Notes under the pieces: model-generated
What the model saw: only the letters and a program-made list of their open reading frames with translations
Told to the model about the DNA's origin: nothing
The model's database searches: none
Part shown: positions 19,999-29,548 of the stretch, in pieces
Layout: the number at the start of each line of letters is the position of its first letter
How positions within the stretch are numbered: the stretch's first letter is position 1
Made by a program: the position numbers and the translations under genes
From: Nitrosopumilus sp.
GTDB taxonomy: Archaea; Thermoproteota; Nitrososphaeria; Nitrososphaerales; Nitrosopumilaceae
Assembly: GCA_047516405.1 (NCBI GenBank)
Contig: JAKZUU010000033.1
Coordinates: 1 to 61,317 of the forward strand
DNA: 61,317 nucleotides
Reading direction: 5' to 3'

Positions 19999-21195
19999 TT
20001 GAGAGTATTGCAAATCGGCCTACTTGGAAAAGCAAATGTTGGAAAATCTACGTTTTTTTCTGCTGCAACTCAAACTCCTGTAGCTACTGGAAATTTTCCA
20101 TTTACAACTATTCAACCAAATGTTGGAGTGGCATATCTAAAGGCAGACTGTGCTTGCAGACATTTTAAAATTCAACATGAGAATCTACTATGCATCGGCG
20201 GCACCCGACTTGTTCCTGTAAAACTTGTTGATATTGCCGGATTAGTTCCGGGGGCGCATGAGGGAAAAGGACTAGGAAATCAATTTCTTGACGATGCGCG
20301 ACAAGCTCAAGTCTTGATTCATGTAGTTGACATTGCAGGAACTACTGATATTCAAGGCCAGCCTGTTCCAATTGGAACGCATAATCCTATGGAGGATATT
20401 GAGTTTGTTCAAGACGAGTTTGATCAATGGTTTGCTGATATTCTAAAAAGAGAGTGGGACAAGATTACTCGTGAAATAGATCAAAAGAGAGCAAAACTCA
20501 CTGACGGTATTGCAACGCGATTTTCTGGATTGGGAATTAAAGATTATGATGTACATGCAGTCTTACAAAGGTTCGGACTAGTTGCTAAAAACCCAAAAGA
20601 GTGGAAGGATTCAGATATCTACACATTTGTCAAAGAGCTAAGAAAAGATACTAAGCCCATGGTTATTGCTGCAAACAAAGCAGATCTCTGTCAAGATCTT
20701 GACATACTAAAACAAATCTCAGGTACTGTCATTGCTTGTAGTGCTGAAACTGAATTACTTTTACGAAAAGCATCAAAAGCTGGAATGATAAGTTACTCTT
20801 CTGGAGATAATAATTTTACGATCATAAAAGACAAAGAAATTTTGCCTCCCCAACAAAAAGCACTTGATTTGGTAAGATCTGTCTTTTCTAAAATTTCATC
20901 AACAGGCATTCAAAAAATTTTAAATACTGCCATCTTTGATTCTCTGAAATTTATCGTTGTATATCCAGTAGAAGATGAGACTAAGCTCACCAACAAAGAC
21001 GGTGTCATATTACCTGACACAAAACTCCTCCCACAAAATTCCACTGCAAAAGATCTAGCTGCTCTAATTCATGCAGATATCGCAAAAGGATTCTTACATG
21101 CAATTGACTGTAAAACAAAGCAAAGAATTAGCGGTGATCAGAAACTAAGTAGCGGTGATGTGATCAAAATTATATCTACACTTAGTAGAGGGTGA
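19999..21195 (+). CDS. ychF: YchF/Obg-family redox-regulated ATPase
   Basis: GKANVGKS, FPFTTI, DIAGLVPGAHEGKGLGNQFL, NKAD, C-terminal TGS domain. Confidence 0.92.
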   Translation: MRVLQIGLLGKANVGKSTFFSAATQTPVATGNFPFTTIQPNVGVAYLKADCACRHFKIQHENLLCIGGTRLVPVKLVDIAGLVPGAHEGKGLGNQFLDDARQAQVLIHVVDIAGTTDIQGQPVPIGTHNPMEDIEFVQDEFDQWFADILKREWDKITREIDQKRAKLTDGIATRFSGLGIKDYDVHAVLQRFGLVAKNPKEWKDSDIYTFVKELRKDTKPMVIAANKADLCQDLDILKQISGTVIACSAETELLLRKASKAGMISYSSGDNNFTIIKDKEILPPQQKALDLVRSVFSKISSTGIQKILNTAIFDSLKFIVVYPVEDETKLTNKDGVILPDTKLLPQNSTAKDLAALIHADIAKGFLHAIDCKTKQRISGDQKLSSGDVIKIISTLSRG

Positions 21196-21196
21196 A

Positions 21197-22180
21197 ATGC
21201 TAGGTTTAGGCATTGAAAGTACGGCCCATACTTTTTCTTGTGCTGTAATTGAGAAAAATAAAAACAAGGGAAAGATTCTCTCAGACATCAGAAAAATTTA
21301 TCGCCCAGCAGATGGCCAAGGCATTCATCCACGAGAAGCGTCTCGTCATCACATTGAGAATGGCTCGTCGGTATTATCTGAGTGTCTTGAAGATGCAGGC
21401 GTCACAGTTAAAGATTTGGATATAGTCTCTTATGCTGCAGGTCCAGGGTTAGGACCATGTTTGCGCGTAGGCGCAGTAGTTGCCAGATCTTTATCATCTT
21501 TTTATAACATTCCAATTTATCCTGTAAATCATGCAATCGGTCACATTGAATTAGGAAAGTTGCTAACCGGAGCAACTAATCCCTTGGTACTTTTAGTATC
21601 TGGGGGGCATACAATGCTGCTGGCATTTCTTGATCACCAATGGAGAGTCTTTGGAGAAACACTTGATATTACGCTTGGTCAACTCTTGGATCAGTTTGGC
21701 AGATCTATTGGATTTGCTTCTCCTTGCGGAAAAAATATCGAAGACCTAGCATCCGAGTCTTCAAACTACGTCTTATTGCCTTATTCTGTAAAAGGAAACG
21801 ATGTCTCTTTTTCTGGTTTGTTGTCTGCTACAAAACACATTGCAAAGAAAAGCAAGGCTGATGCGTGTTATTCTCTTCAAGAGACAGCGTTTGCAATGAT
21901 CTGTGAGACAGTTGAGCGTGCATTGTCCTTTACACGTAAAAAAGAGTTGATGATAGTGGGAGGCGTTGCCGCCAACAAAAGACTGTCTGATATGCTCCAA
22001 GATGTTTGTAGGCGTCATGGATGTAATTTTTATCTAGTTCCACTGCGATATGCAGGCGATTGTGGTTCTCAAATATGTTGGACTGGGCTTTTAGAATCAA
22101 AAATTAAAAAAGGAGTATTGCTAAAAGACACTTTTGTAAGACAATCCTGGAGATTGGATTCAGTTAGAGTCGATTACTAA
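21197..22180 (+). CDS. kae1: KEOPS t6A synthase Kae1
   Basis: GIESTAHT, GIHPREASRHH, NHAIGH, VSGGHT, GGVAAN. Confidence 0.95.
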   Translation: MLGLGIESTAHTFSCAVIEKNKNKGKILSDIRKIYRPADGQGIHPREASRHHIENGSSVLSECLEDAGVTVKDLDIVSYAAGPGLGPCLRVGAVVARSLSSFYNIPIYPVNHAIGHIELGKLLTGATNPLVLLVSGGHTMLLAFLDHQWRVFGETLDITLGQLLDQFGRSIGFASPCGKNIEDLASESSNYVLLPYSVKGNDVSFSGLLSATKHIAKKSKADACYSLQETAFAMICETVERALSFTRKKELMIVGGVAANKRLSDMLQDVCRRHGCNFYLVPLRYAGDCGSQICWTGLLESKIKKGVLLKDTFVRQSWRLDSVRVDY

Positions 22181-22503
22181 CCATCTTCGTACTCTTTGAT
22201 CTGTTTCTCTATAGTCTTAAGCCAGCTTTTTGTATTAAAGACTCCAAATTTGAAGGATTTTTCTACCTGATTAGTTGTTGCCGTAAAACATACTTTTTTT
22301 ATAAACAGTCCTTCTTTCCAAGTCTTTGTAACATCCTTTAGTGGTATATCAAGTATAGTGTCACCAAAGCGTTTTGAAAAATCCATTATTCTTGCATTAG
22401 TTTTATCAAAAGCCAATCTCTTATTTGTCAGTGTTAAAATTCCCGCCCCTAAACCATCCTCGCTACAATCTTCCTGTTTTATTTTTTTTTCTCCGTCATC
22501 CAT
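22177..22503 (-). CDS. Hypothetical protein (PH-like fold possible)
   Basis: 108-aa ORF, GILTLTNKRLAF motif typical of PH/GRAM-like proteins. Confidence 0.6.
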   Translation of the reverse strand: MDDGEKKIKQEDCSEDGLGAGILTLTNKRLAFDKTNARIMDFSKRFGDTILDIPLKDVTKTWKEGLFIKKVCFTATTNQVEKSFKFGVFNTKSWLKTIEKQIKEYEDG

Positions 22504-22540
22504 GATTAACTTTTATTGAATTCTTTTGAATATAACGTTA

Positions 22541-23161
22541 ATGAAATTATTGAAAAAGGGGGCAGAAGCTGACATATATCAAACTACGTGGCAAAATTCC
22601 AAAGCTGTTCTAAAAATCAGGACCGCAAAAAATTATCGGAATCCTACTCTTGATTCAAAAATACGAAGACAGAGAACAATAAAAGAATCCCAAATGCTCT
22701 CACTTGTTAAATCATTTGGAATATCTACACCTATTGTTTACTTTGTAAATGTAAATGCCGCCTCAATTATCATGCAGGCGATTCCCGGAAAACCGGTTCA
22801 TGACTTGGCTGAATCTGAAATTATCAAGTTATCAAAAAATATTGGAAAATTAGTTGGAACACTGCACAAAAACGGGGTGATGCACGGTGATTTAACCACT
22901 TCAAATTTCATTTTCTTTGAAAATACCGTGTTTGCAATTGATTTCGGGTTGGCACAAAATTCAATCAAATCTGAAGATCATGCAGTTGATTTAAGACTAA
23001 TAAAAGAAATTCTCAACAGCGCCCATGCTAATATTATGCAATCTTCTTGGAAAAATTTTTTATGTGGATACAAGTGCATGGTTGGGGATGAATACTGTAC
23101 TAAAATAACTGATCTGGTTTCAGAGATAGAAAGTCGTGGTAGGTATGCGCAAGTCATCTGA
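22541..23161 (+). CDS. bud32: KEOPS kinase Bud32
   Basis: KGAEA, HGDLTTSN, IDFGL, VDL, RGRY; ATG at 22541. Confidence 0.93.
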   Translation: MKLLKKGAEADIYQTTWQNSKAVLKIRTAKNYRNPTLDSKIRRQRTIKESQMLSLVKSFGISTPIVYFVNVNAASIIMQAIPGKPVHDLAESEIIKLSKNIGKLVGTLHKNGVMHGDLTTSNFIFFENTVFAIDFGLAQNSIKSEDHAVDLRLIKEILNSAHANIMQSSWKNFLCGYKCMVGDEYCTKITDLVSEIESRGRYAQVI

Positions 23162-23696
23162 ACTGTTTTTTGTATCCTCTAACAGCCATAAGTATAATGA
23201 AGCAAAGCAGATCACATCTTCTTTTGGGATACAGCTTGATTTCTTTAAACTAGATTTAGAAGAAATTCAATCAAGCTCTCTTGGCGATATTGCAATAAAA
23301 AAAGCAAAGGATGCATTTTCTAAATGCAAAAAACCGATTATTATTGAAGATGCCGGCCTGTTCATTGATTCGCTTAAGGGATTCCCTGGCCCGTATTCAT
23401 CATACGTCTTTAAAGCTATTGGGAACGAAGGTATTCTAGATCTCGTAAAATACAACCGAAAGGCAAAATTTATATCCATTGTTACTTTTTGTGATAAAAC
23501 AATTCTACAATCTTTTGTTGGTGAATTGGATGGAACTATATCAAAATCACAAAATGGAGAGGGTTGGGGATATGATCCAATATTTATTCCAAAAAATTCA
23601 AAGGATACATTTGCAACAATAAACAACAAAAATGAATTATCTCATAGGTGTAAATCATTAGAAAAATTTTCTAATTGGTATCTGCATAGGCAGTAA
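23145..23696 (+). CDS. rdgB: RdgB/HAM1 non-canonical purine NTP pyrophosphatase
   Basis: SSNSHK, EDAGL, GFPGPYS, GWGYDPIF, SHR. Confidence 0.93.
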   Translation: MRKSSELFFVSSNSHKYNEAKQITSSFGIQLDFFKLDLEEIQSSSLGDIAIKKAKDAFSKCKKPIIIEDAGLFIDSLKGFPGPYSSYVFKAIGNEGILDLVKYNRKAKFISIVTFCDKTILQSFVGELDGTISKSQNGEGWGYDPIFIPKNSKDTFATINNKNELSHRCKSLEKFSNWYLHRQ

Positions 23697-24702
23697 TGTA
23701 ACGATCAATGAATCGTTGATTATTTTGTAAAACCGAAATTCTTGAAACAAGACTTTCATCCATTATCGAAAATATTTCACTTTGTTTTGCAATCTCTTCA
23801 CTAAAGTTTTTCACCTCTGACATCTCTAACATGTTTGCATGTTCCAGTCTATTAGTCGAACGTCCAATGTGCATATATGATTTAATTTCAACAAAGTGCG
23901 GATTTGCTCTTCTAAACATTTCTGCAAATGCTGGGATGGAATCTTTTTGATCATTGTAACCTCGAATCAAAGTAATTCGTAATACCGTTCTTGTATTCAA
24001 ATCTTTTAACATTCCAAGCGTTTTGTTCCATCTCTCCCATGAATCGTTATATTTGGGTTTGTTTATTTTCATAAACGATTTATAATCTGCGGCATTAGTC
24101 GAAAGATACAACTGTGTTGGCAGCGCATCTTCATCTTGCAATCTCTGAATCATGTCAGGCTCTTGTCCATTTGTTACAAGGAAAACTGATTTTGTTGCTT
24201 TTAGTGACTTAATATACTTGATCAGTTCTGGCAGTTTGGGATACATTGTTGGTTCTCCGGAGAGTGAAATTGCATAATGGCTGGGCATTAGCGATTCATC
24301 TAATCGCTGTTTGTCATTTCTTGAATCGCCATAAAATCCATTGATCAACTTTTTTCTTTCAGCCATCAAATTCGTTAAGATTTCTTCAGGCTCTGCGACT
24401 CGTTCCGGCTCCATCTTCATTGAATCATAAAATTCCATTGGTCTCCAACAATATACGCATCTATTTTCACAGTACATCCCTGCTGGGGAAAATTCCATGC
24501 ATCTGTGAGTCGAGATTCCATAAAATTTGTGTTTGTAGCAACTACCTTCATGCCTGTATGATTTTTTTGTCCAATGGCATAGCCCAACTGTTGAATGATC
24601 TGCAACACCGTATTTTGCCTTTTTTAATTGAGCAGTTATTGCAGGCCTAATCTGAATCAGATCTTCATCTTCTTGCTCAACTGTCTCCCCTGAGCAGCTC
24701 AT
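23671..24702 (-). CDS. taw1: 4-demethylwyosine synthase (radical SAM, Taw1/TYW1)
   Basis: CHWTK, CYKHKFYGI, CENRCVYCWR, ISLSGEPT. Confidence 0.95.
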   Translation of the reverse strand: MSCSGETVEQEDEDLIQIRPAITAQLKKAKYGVADHSTVGLCHWTKKSYRHEGSCYKHKFYGISTHRCMEFSPAGMYCENRCVYCWRPMEFYDSMKMEPERVAEPEEILTNLMAERKKLINGFYGDSRNDKQRLDESLMPSHYAISLSGEPTMYPKLPELIKYIKSLKATKSVFLVTNGQEPDMIQRLQDEDALPTQLYLSTNAADYKSFMKINKPKYNDSWERWNKTLGMLKDLNTRTVLRITLIRGYNDQKDSIPAFAEMFRRANPHFVEIKSYMHIGRSTNRLEHANMLEMSEVKNFSEEIAKQSEIFSIMDESLVSRISVLQNNQRFIDRYITAYADTN

Positions 24703-24840
24703 AAGCGTTGTTCTTGTCTTACTTTACTTAAATTAATCGGGGTATTTCTTCCCAAACCTGAAAATTCAACTCAAAAATATTGCCAATTTGAGTTAATTTT
24801 ACAGTGAGGTTTAATAACTGGATTCTCAAGGTAAATTTAG

Positions 24841-27276
24841 TTGAAGAAAATAAAATTACTGGCATTTCTATTCTTGCTTGTGGCTACATTAACTAGTATA
24901 CAGATTAATCCTGCCTTTGCAGTCAGCGATCTGGACAAAGATCGCATCGACGATGCTGTAGATGCGTGTCCTAATTTACAAGAAGATTATGAGGGCGCAC
25001 TGGATGGTTGCCCATCTTCTTTTGTTCCATGGTACGATGAGGATTTTGATGGTATAGAGGATCATATTGATCAATGCCCAGATCTTAGAGAAAACTACAA
25101 CAGATACCAAGATGAAGACGGTTGCCCTGACACTCTTCTTGGAACTGATTCTGCAGACGCACCTGACTCCGATGCTGATGGATTTATTGACTTGATTGAC
25201 TTTTGCCCAAATCAACCTGAAACATTTAACGGTATTTTAGATAGAGACGGCTGCCCTGATTCATATGGCTCCGGTGATCGTGATTCCGATGGAATATTGG
25301 ATTCTGAGGATCAATGCCCATTACATTCTGAGAACTACAACAGATACCAAGATGAAGACGGTTGCCCTGATTCTATAACTGACTCTGCTTTTGCCGATAC
25401 TGACAATGATGGCATTCAAGATGTATTTGATTTTTGTATAAATGAACCTGAAGTGTATAACGGGTATAGGGATACTGATGGCTGTCCTGATGTTTTATTA
25501 GATATTACACTTAGCGATGATAGTGATGGTGATGGGATTGCAGATCAATTCGATATCTGCCCCATTCATCCTGAAACTTTCAATAAATTTGCTGATTATG
25601 ACGGCTGCCCTGATTCTGTTCCATTATTTGTTGGTACCTTAAATGATATAGATGGTGACAGGGTCGCTGATGTTAATGATGCATGCCCACTAGATCCAGA
25701 GAGATACAACGGATTCCAAGATGAAGATGGGTGTCCCGACATTCCTGATTATGTATACGACGAAGATTCTGATTTTGATGCAATTCCTAACAGTCTTGAT
25801 GAATGCCCACAGGTACCAGAGACCTACAACAAGTTCCAAGATGAAGATGGATGTCCAGACCTTGTAGCATCAAATCGTGCAGTACCAGATTCTGACGGTG
25901 ATGGGATTAATGACTATATGGATCTGTGTCCAAACCAACCTGAAACTTACAACGATGTATTTGATAGAGACGGCTGCCCTGATAACAATGCTGTAAATGA
26001 TAGAGATATGGATGGCATACCTGATAGTATGGATTCGTGTCCTGTCAATCCTGAAACTTACAATAACATTCAAGATGAAGATGGATGTCCTGACGGCGAT
26101 TCTAACTTGTTCAGATCAGACTTTGACGGTGACGGCATTGTTGACTTGAGTGATGCATGTCCTTTAGTGGCAGAGAATGTAAATAATTATCAAGACGACG
26201 ATGGCTGCCCCGACGTCTCAGTCCCTGATACTGACAACGATGGAGTCCGTGACACACTAGATCAATGTCCTTCAACTAGCGAAACTTGGAATCACTATCA
26301 AGACAACGATGGCTGCCCCGACATCTCAATCTTGGATACTGACCATGACGGGATATTTGATTTTGCAGACCAATGCATCTTAGAACGAGAAACCTATAAT
26401 GGCTTCCAAGATGAAGACGGCTGCCCTGACTATCCTACTTTTATTTTCACGTCTGATTCTGACTTTGACGGGCTAGTTGACACTGTTGACCAATGCCCTC
26501 TAATTCCTGAAACTTACAATAGATTCCAAGACGAAGACGGCTGCCCTGATTTTGTAGCCTCCAATATCGGTGTTCCAGATTCTGATGATGATGGAATAAA
26601 TGATTACAATGATCACTGTCCAAACCAACCAGAAACCCATAACGGAATTCTTGATCTTGACGGCTGCCCTGACAATTACATTCTAACTGCTGATAGAGAC
26701 TTTGATGGGATTCCAGACGCACTTGATGCATGTCCTACTGCTAAAGAAATTTACAATCAATTCCAAGATGACGATGGATGCCCTGACTTTATACTAGAAT
26801 CGTTTGTAGTAGATTCTGATAATGACGGAATACATGATGTCAACGATGCATGTCCTCTAGTTCCTGAATCCTTTAATGGCTTCCAAGACGAAGACGGCTG
26901 CCCTGATGTTGTTGAGATAATATCTGACGGTGACGGTGACGGTGTTCCAGATGCCATGGATCTCTGTCCAGAGCAAAGTGAAGTCTGGAATAGATACATC
27001 GACTATGATGGATGTGCTGACACCGTACCATTAGGGAATCTCAATGTTGACAGTGACGGCGACGGCATATATGATGACGTTGACTCGTGTCCAAACGAGA
27101 ATGAGACGTGGAATAAATACAATGACGACGACGGCTGCCCTGACATCTCTCCAGAACAGTCACGATACAAGCATGATGCTGATTTAGATAACATTCTTAA
27201 TGAAAATGACGCATGTCCTCTAGAACCTGAGGATTATGACGGTAATCAAGATGAAGACGGCTGCCCTGACCCATAG
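24841..27276 (+). CDS. Secreted thrombospondin type-3 repeat protein 1 (20 units)
   Basis: Signal peptide, then DxDxDG..D..D.CP...E..N...DxDGCPD units to the C-terminus. Confidence 0.9.
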   Translation: MKKIKLLAFLFLLVATLTSIQINPAFAVSDLDKDRIDDAVDACPNLQEDYEGALDGCPSSFVPWYDEDFDGIEDHIDQCPDLRENYNRYQDEDGCPDTLLGTDSADAPDSDADGFIDLIDFCPNQPETFNGILDRDGCPDSYGSGDRDSDGILDSEDQCPLHSENYNRYQDEDGCPDSITDSAFADTDNDGIQDVFDFCINEPEVYNGYRDTDGCPDVLLDITLSDDSDGDGIADQFDICPIHPETFNKFADYDGCPDSVPLFVGTLNDIDGDRVADVNDACPLDPERYNGFQDEDGCPDIPDYVYDEDSDFDAIPNSLDECPQVPETYNKFQDEDGCPDLVASNRAVPDSDGDGINDYMDLCPNQPETYNDVFDRDGCPDNNAVNDRDMDGIPDSMDSCPVNPETYNNIQDEDGCPDGDSNLFRSDFDGDGIVDLSDACPLVAENVNNYQDDDGCPDVSVPDTDNDGVRDTLDQCPSTSETWNHYQDNDGCPDISILDTDHDGIFDFADQCILERETYNGFQDEDGCPDYPTFIFTSDSDFDGLVDTVDQCPLIPETYNRFQDEDGCPDFVASNIGVPDSDDDGINDYNDHCPNQPETHNGILDLDGCPDNYILTADRDFDGIPDALDACPTAKEIYNQFQDDDGCPDFILESFVVDSDNDGIHDVNDACPLVPESFNGFQDEDGCPDVVEIISDGDGDGVPDAMDLCPEQSEVWNRYIDYDGCADTVPLGNLNVDSDGDGIYDDVDSCPNENETWNKYNDDDGCPDISPEQSRYKHDADLDNILNENDACPLEPEDYDGNQDEDGCPDP

Positions 27277-27288
27277 AGGTATTTATAA

Positions 27289-29466
27289 ATGAAAAGACAA
27301 TATCTCTTAGGATTTCTTCTTTTACTTACATCTACTGTTGGCATGGTGCCTAGCGGTGTATTTGCTAATAGTGCACTAGATTCTGATAATGATGGGGTGC
27401 CAAACAGCTTGGATCTCTGTCCTCATCTTTTAGAAGATTATGATCCGCAATACGGCAACAATATTGACGGCTGCCCTGCTGATTTTGTCCCTTGGTATGA
27501 TGCTGATTTTGACGGTGTCGAAGATCATCTTGATAGCTGCCCAACTGTAAAAGAGGTTCACAATAGATTCCAAGATGAAGACGGCTGCCCTGATGTCTCC
27601 CCTACTGCCACAAAACCCATTCCTGATACTGACAATGATAGTTATACTGACTTTGTAGATCTATGTCCGACTCAACCTGAAGTGTTCAACGGATTCCAAG
27701 ATCGAGACGGCTGCCCTGACAGATACTCGCTTACTTTAGATTCTGATAATGACGGAATTATAGATATTCAAGACGCATGTCCACTAGAACCTGAAATCTA
27801 CAATCATTTCCAAGACACTGACGGCTGCCCTGACACTGTAGAGTCTGCCATTCCTACATATCACTTCCCAGATGCAGACAATGACGGAATAGACGACAGA
27901 TGGGATCAGTGCCTTGATGAGGCTGAAAACTATAACGACTATCTGGATCATGACGGCTGTCCTGACGTACCTAGTACCACTACCGTCTCTAAAATGCTAG
28001 ACGCCGACTATGACGGAATTCTAGACGGTGTAGATCTCTGTCCATTGGAACGTGAAAATTATAACCGCTTCCAGGATGAAGACGGCTGCCCTGACATGTT
28101 AGAATTTACAGTAGACGGTGATGTTGACAATGATGCCGTTCTAGATAAATACGATTCCTGCCCTTTTAATCCTGAAACTTATAATGCATATCTTGACGAG
28201 GATGGCTGTCCTGACAGTATTGCATCTGAGAGCCCTATAAACGACTCTGACGGCGACGGCATTCCAGATTATAGCGACCTATGTCCAACCCAACCTGAAG
28301 TGTTCAACGGATTCCAGGACACCGATGGATGTGCTGACAGTCATACTTCTACTGTAGATACTGACTTTGACGGCATTGTTGACGTTTTAGATCAATGTCC
28401 ACTGGAACCTGAGGCGTACAATCAATTTCAAGATGAAGACGGCTGCCCTGACACTGTAGATTCTACCATTCCTACATATCAATTTCCAGATGCAGACAAT
28501 GACAGAATAGATGATAGATGGGACCAATGCCTCGATGAGGCTGAAAACTATAACGACTATCTAGATCATGACGGCTGCCCTGACACTGTGGGTACATCAG
28601 CCGCTCCTATACTTGATTTTGACCATGACGGTTTGGCTGATCATTTAGATCAATGTCCTAGAACAGCTGAAAGATACAACGGATTCCAAGATGACGACGG
28701 CTGCCCTGACAGCGTTGAGCATAACACAATCATTGATACCGACTCTGATGCTATATTCGATGATGTAGACCTGTGCCCTCTTGTTAAAGAGACTTATAAC
28801 CTGTTCCAAGATGGGGATGGATGTCCTGACAATTTAATAGATTATAGATCTGTCTCTGACTCTGACGGTGACGGCATTATAGATTATAATGATCTATGTC
28901 CAACTCAACCTGAAGTGTTCAACGGATTCCAAGACACCGATGGATGTGCTGACAGTCATACCTCTATTGTGGATACTGACTTTGACGGCGTTGTTGACGT
29001 TTTAGATCAATGCCCATTTGAAGCTGAAACGTATAATCAATTCCAAGACGACGATGGCTGCCCTGACACTGTAGATTCTACCATTCCTACATATCAATTT
29101 CCAGATGCAGACAATGACAGAATAGATGATAGATGGGACCAATGCCTCGATGAGGCTGAAAACTATAACGACTATCTAGATCATGACGGCTGTCATGATG
29201 TCCTTGGAGCTGAATCAACTGTACCAACCAGCAGTATTGACTCTGATAATGACGGCTATCCTGACATATCTGACTTGTGCCCAACAAGTCCGGAAACCTG
29301 GAATAAGTATTTTGATAGCGATGGATGTCCTGATAATGTTCCAGAACAACAGAGATTTGTTCACGATGACGATTTAGACACCATCATTAACCAAGATGAT
29401 CTCTGTCCACTTGATCCTGAAGATTATGATGGCGACAGCGATGAAGACGGCTGTCCTGACCCTTAG
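27289..29466 (+). CDS. Secreted thrombospondin type-3 repeat protein 2 (17 units)
   Basis: Same repeat type; signal peptide; 725 aa. Confidence 0.9.
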   Translation: MKRQYLLGFLLLLTSTVGMVPSGVFANSALDSDNDGVPNSLDLCPHLLEDYDPQYGNNIDGCPADFVPWYDADFDGVEDHLDSCPTVKEVHNRFQDEDGCPDVSPTATKPIPDTDNDSYTDFVDLCPTQPEVFNGFQDRDGCPDRYSLTLDSDNDGIIDIQDACPLEPEIYNHFQDTDGCPDTVESAIPTYHFPDADNDGIDDRWDQCLDEAENYNDYLDHDGCPDVPSTTTVSKMLDADYDGILDGVDLCPLERENYNRFQDEDGCPDMLEFTVDGDVDNDAVLDKYDSCPFNPETYNAYLDEDGCPDSIASESPINDSDGDGIPDYSDLCPTQPEVFNGFQDTDGCADSHTSTVDTDFDGIVDVLDQCPLEPEAYNQFQDEDGCPDTVDSTIPTYQFPDADNDRIDDRWDQCLDEAENYNDYLDHDGCPDTVGTSAAPILDFDHDGLADHLDQCPRTAERYNGFQDDDGCPDSVEHNTIIDTDSDAIFDDVDLCPLVKETYNLFQDGDGCPDNLIDYRSVSDSDGDGIIDYNDLCPTQPEVFNGFQDTDGCADSHTSIVDTDFDGVVDVLDQCPFEAETYNQFQDDDGCPDTVDSTIPTYQFPDADNDRIDDRWDQCLDEAENYNDYLDHDGCHDVLGAESTVPTSSIDSDNDGYPDISDLCPTSPETWNKYFDSDGCPDNVPEQQRFVHDDDLDTIINQDDLCPLDPEDYDGDSDEDGCPDP
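28441..29192 (+). repeat. 137-bp identical direct repeat (28441-28577 and 29056-29192) within a longer near-identical block at 615-bp spacing
   Basis: Base-by-base comparison by eye. Confidence 0.85.
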
Positions 29467-29548
29467 ATGCGTATTTTTCTCCTATATCTAGCAGAATTTA
29501 GTCAGCGTGAGACTTAATAAATACATAATATTAACAGAGTTGTAAACA

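Noticed and set aside
17823..24702. Dense tRNA-modification/KEOPS cluster as a novel system
   Set aside because: All members are known housekeeping genes that commonly cluster in archaea.
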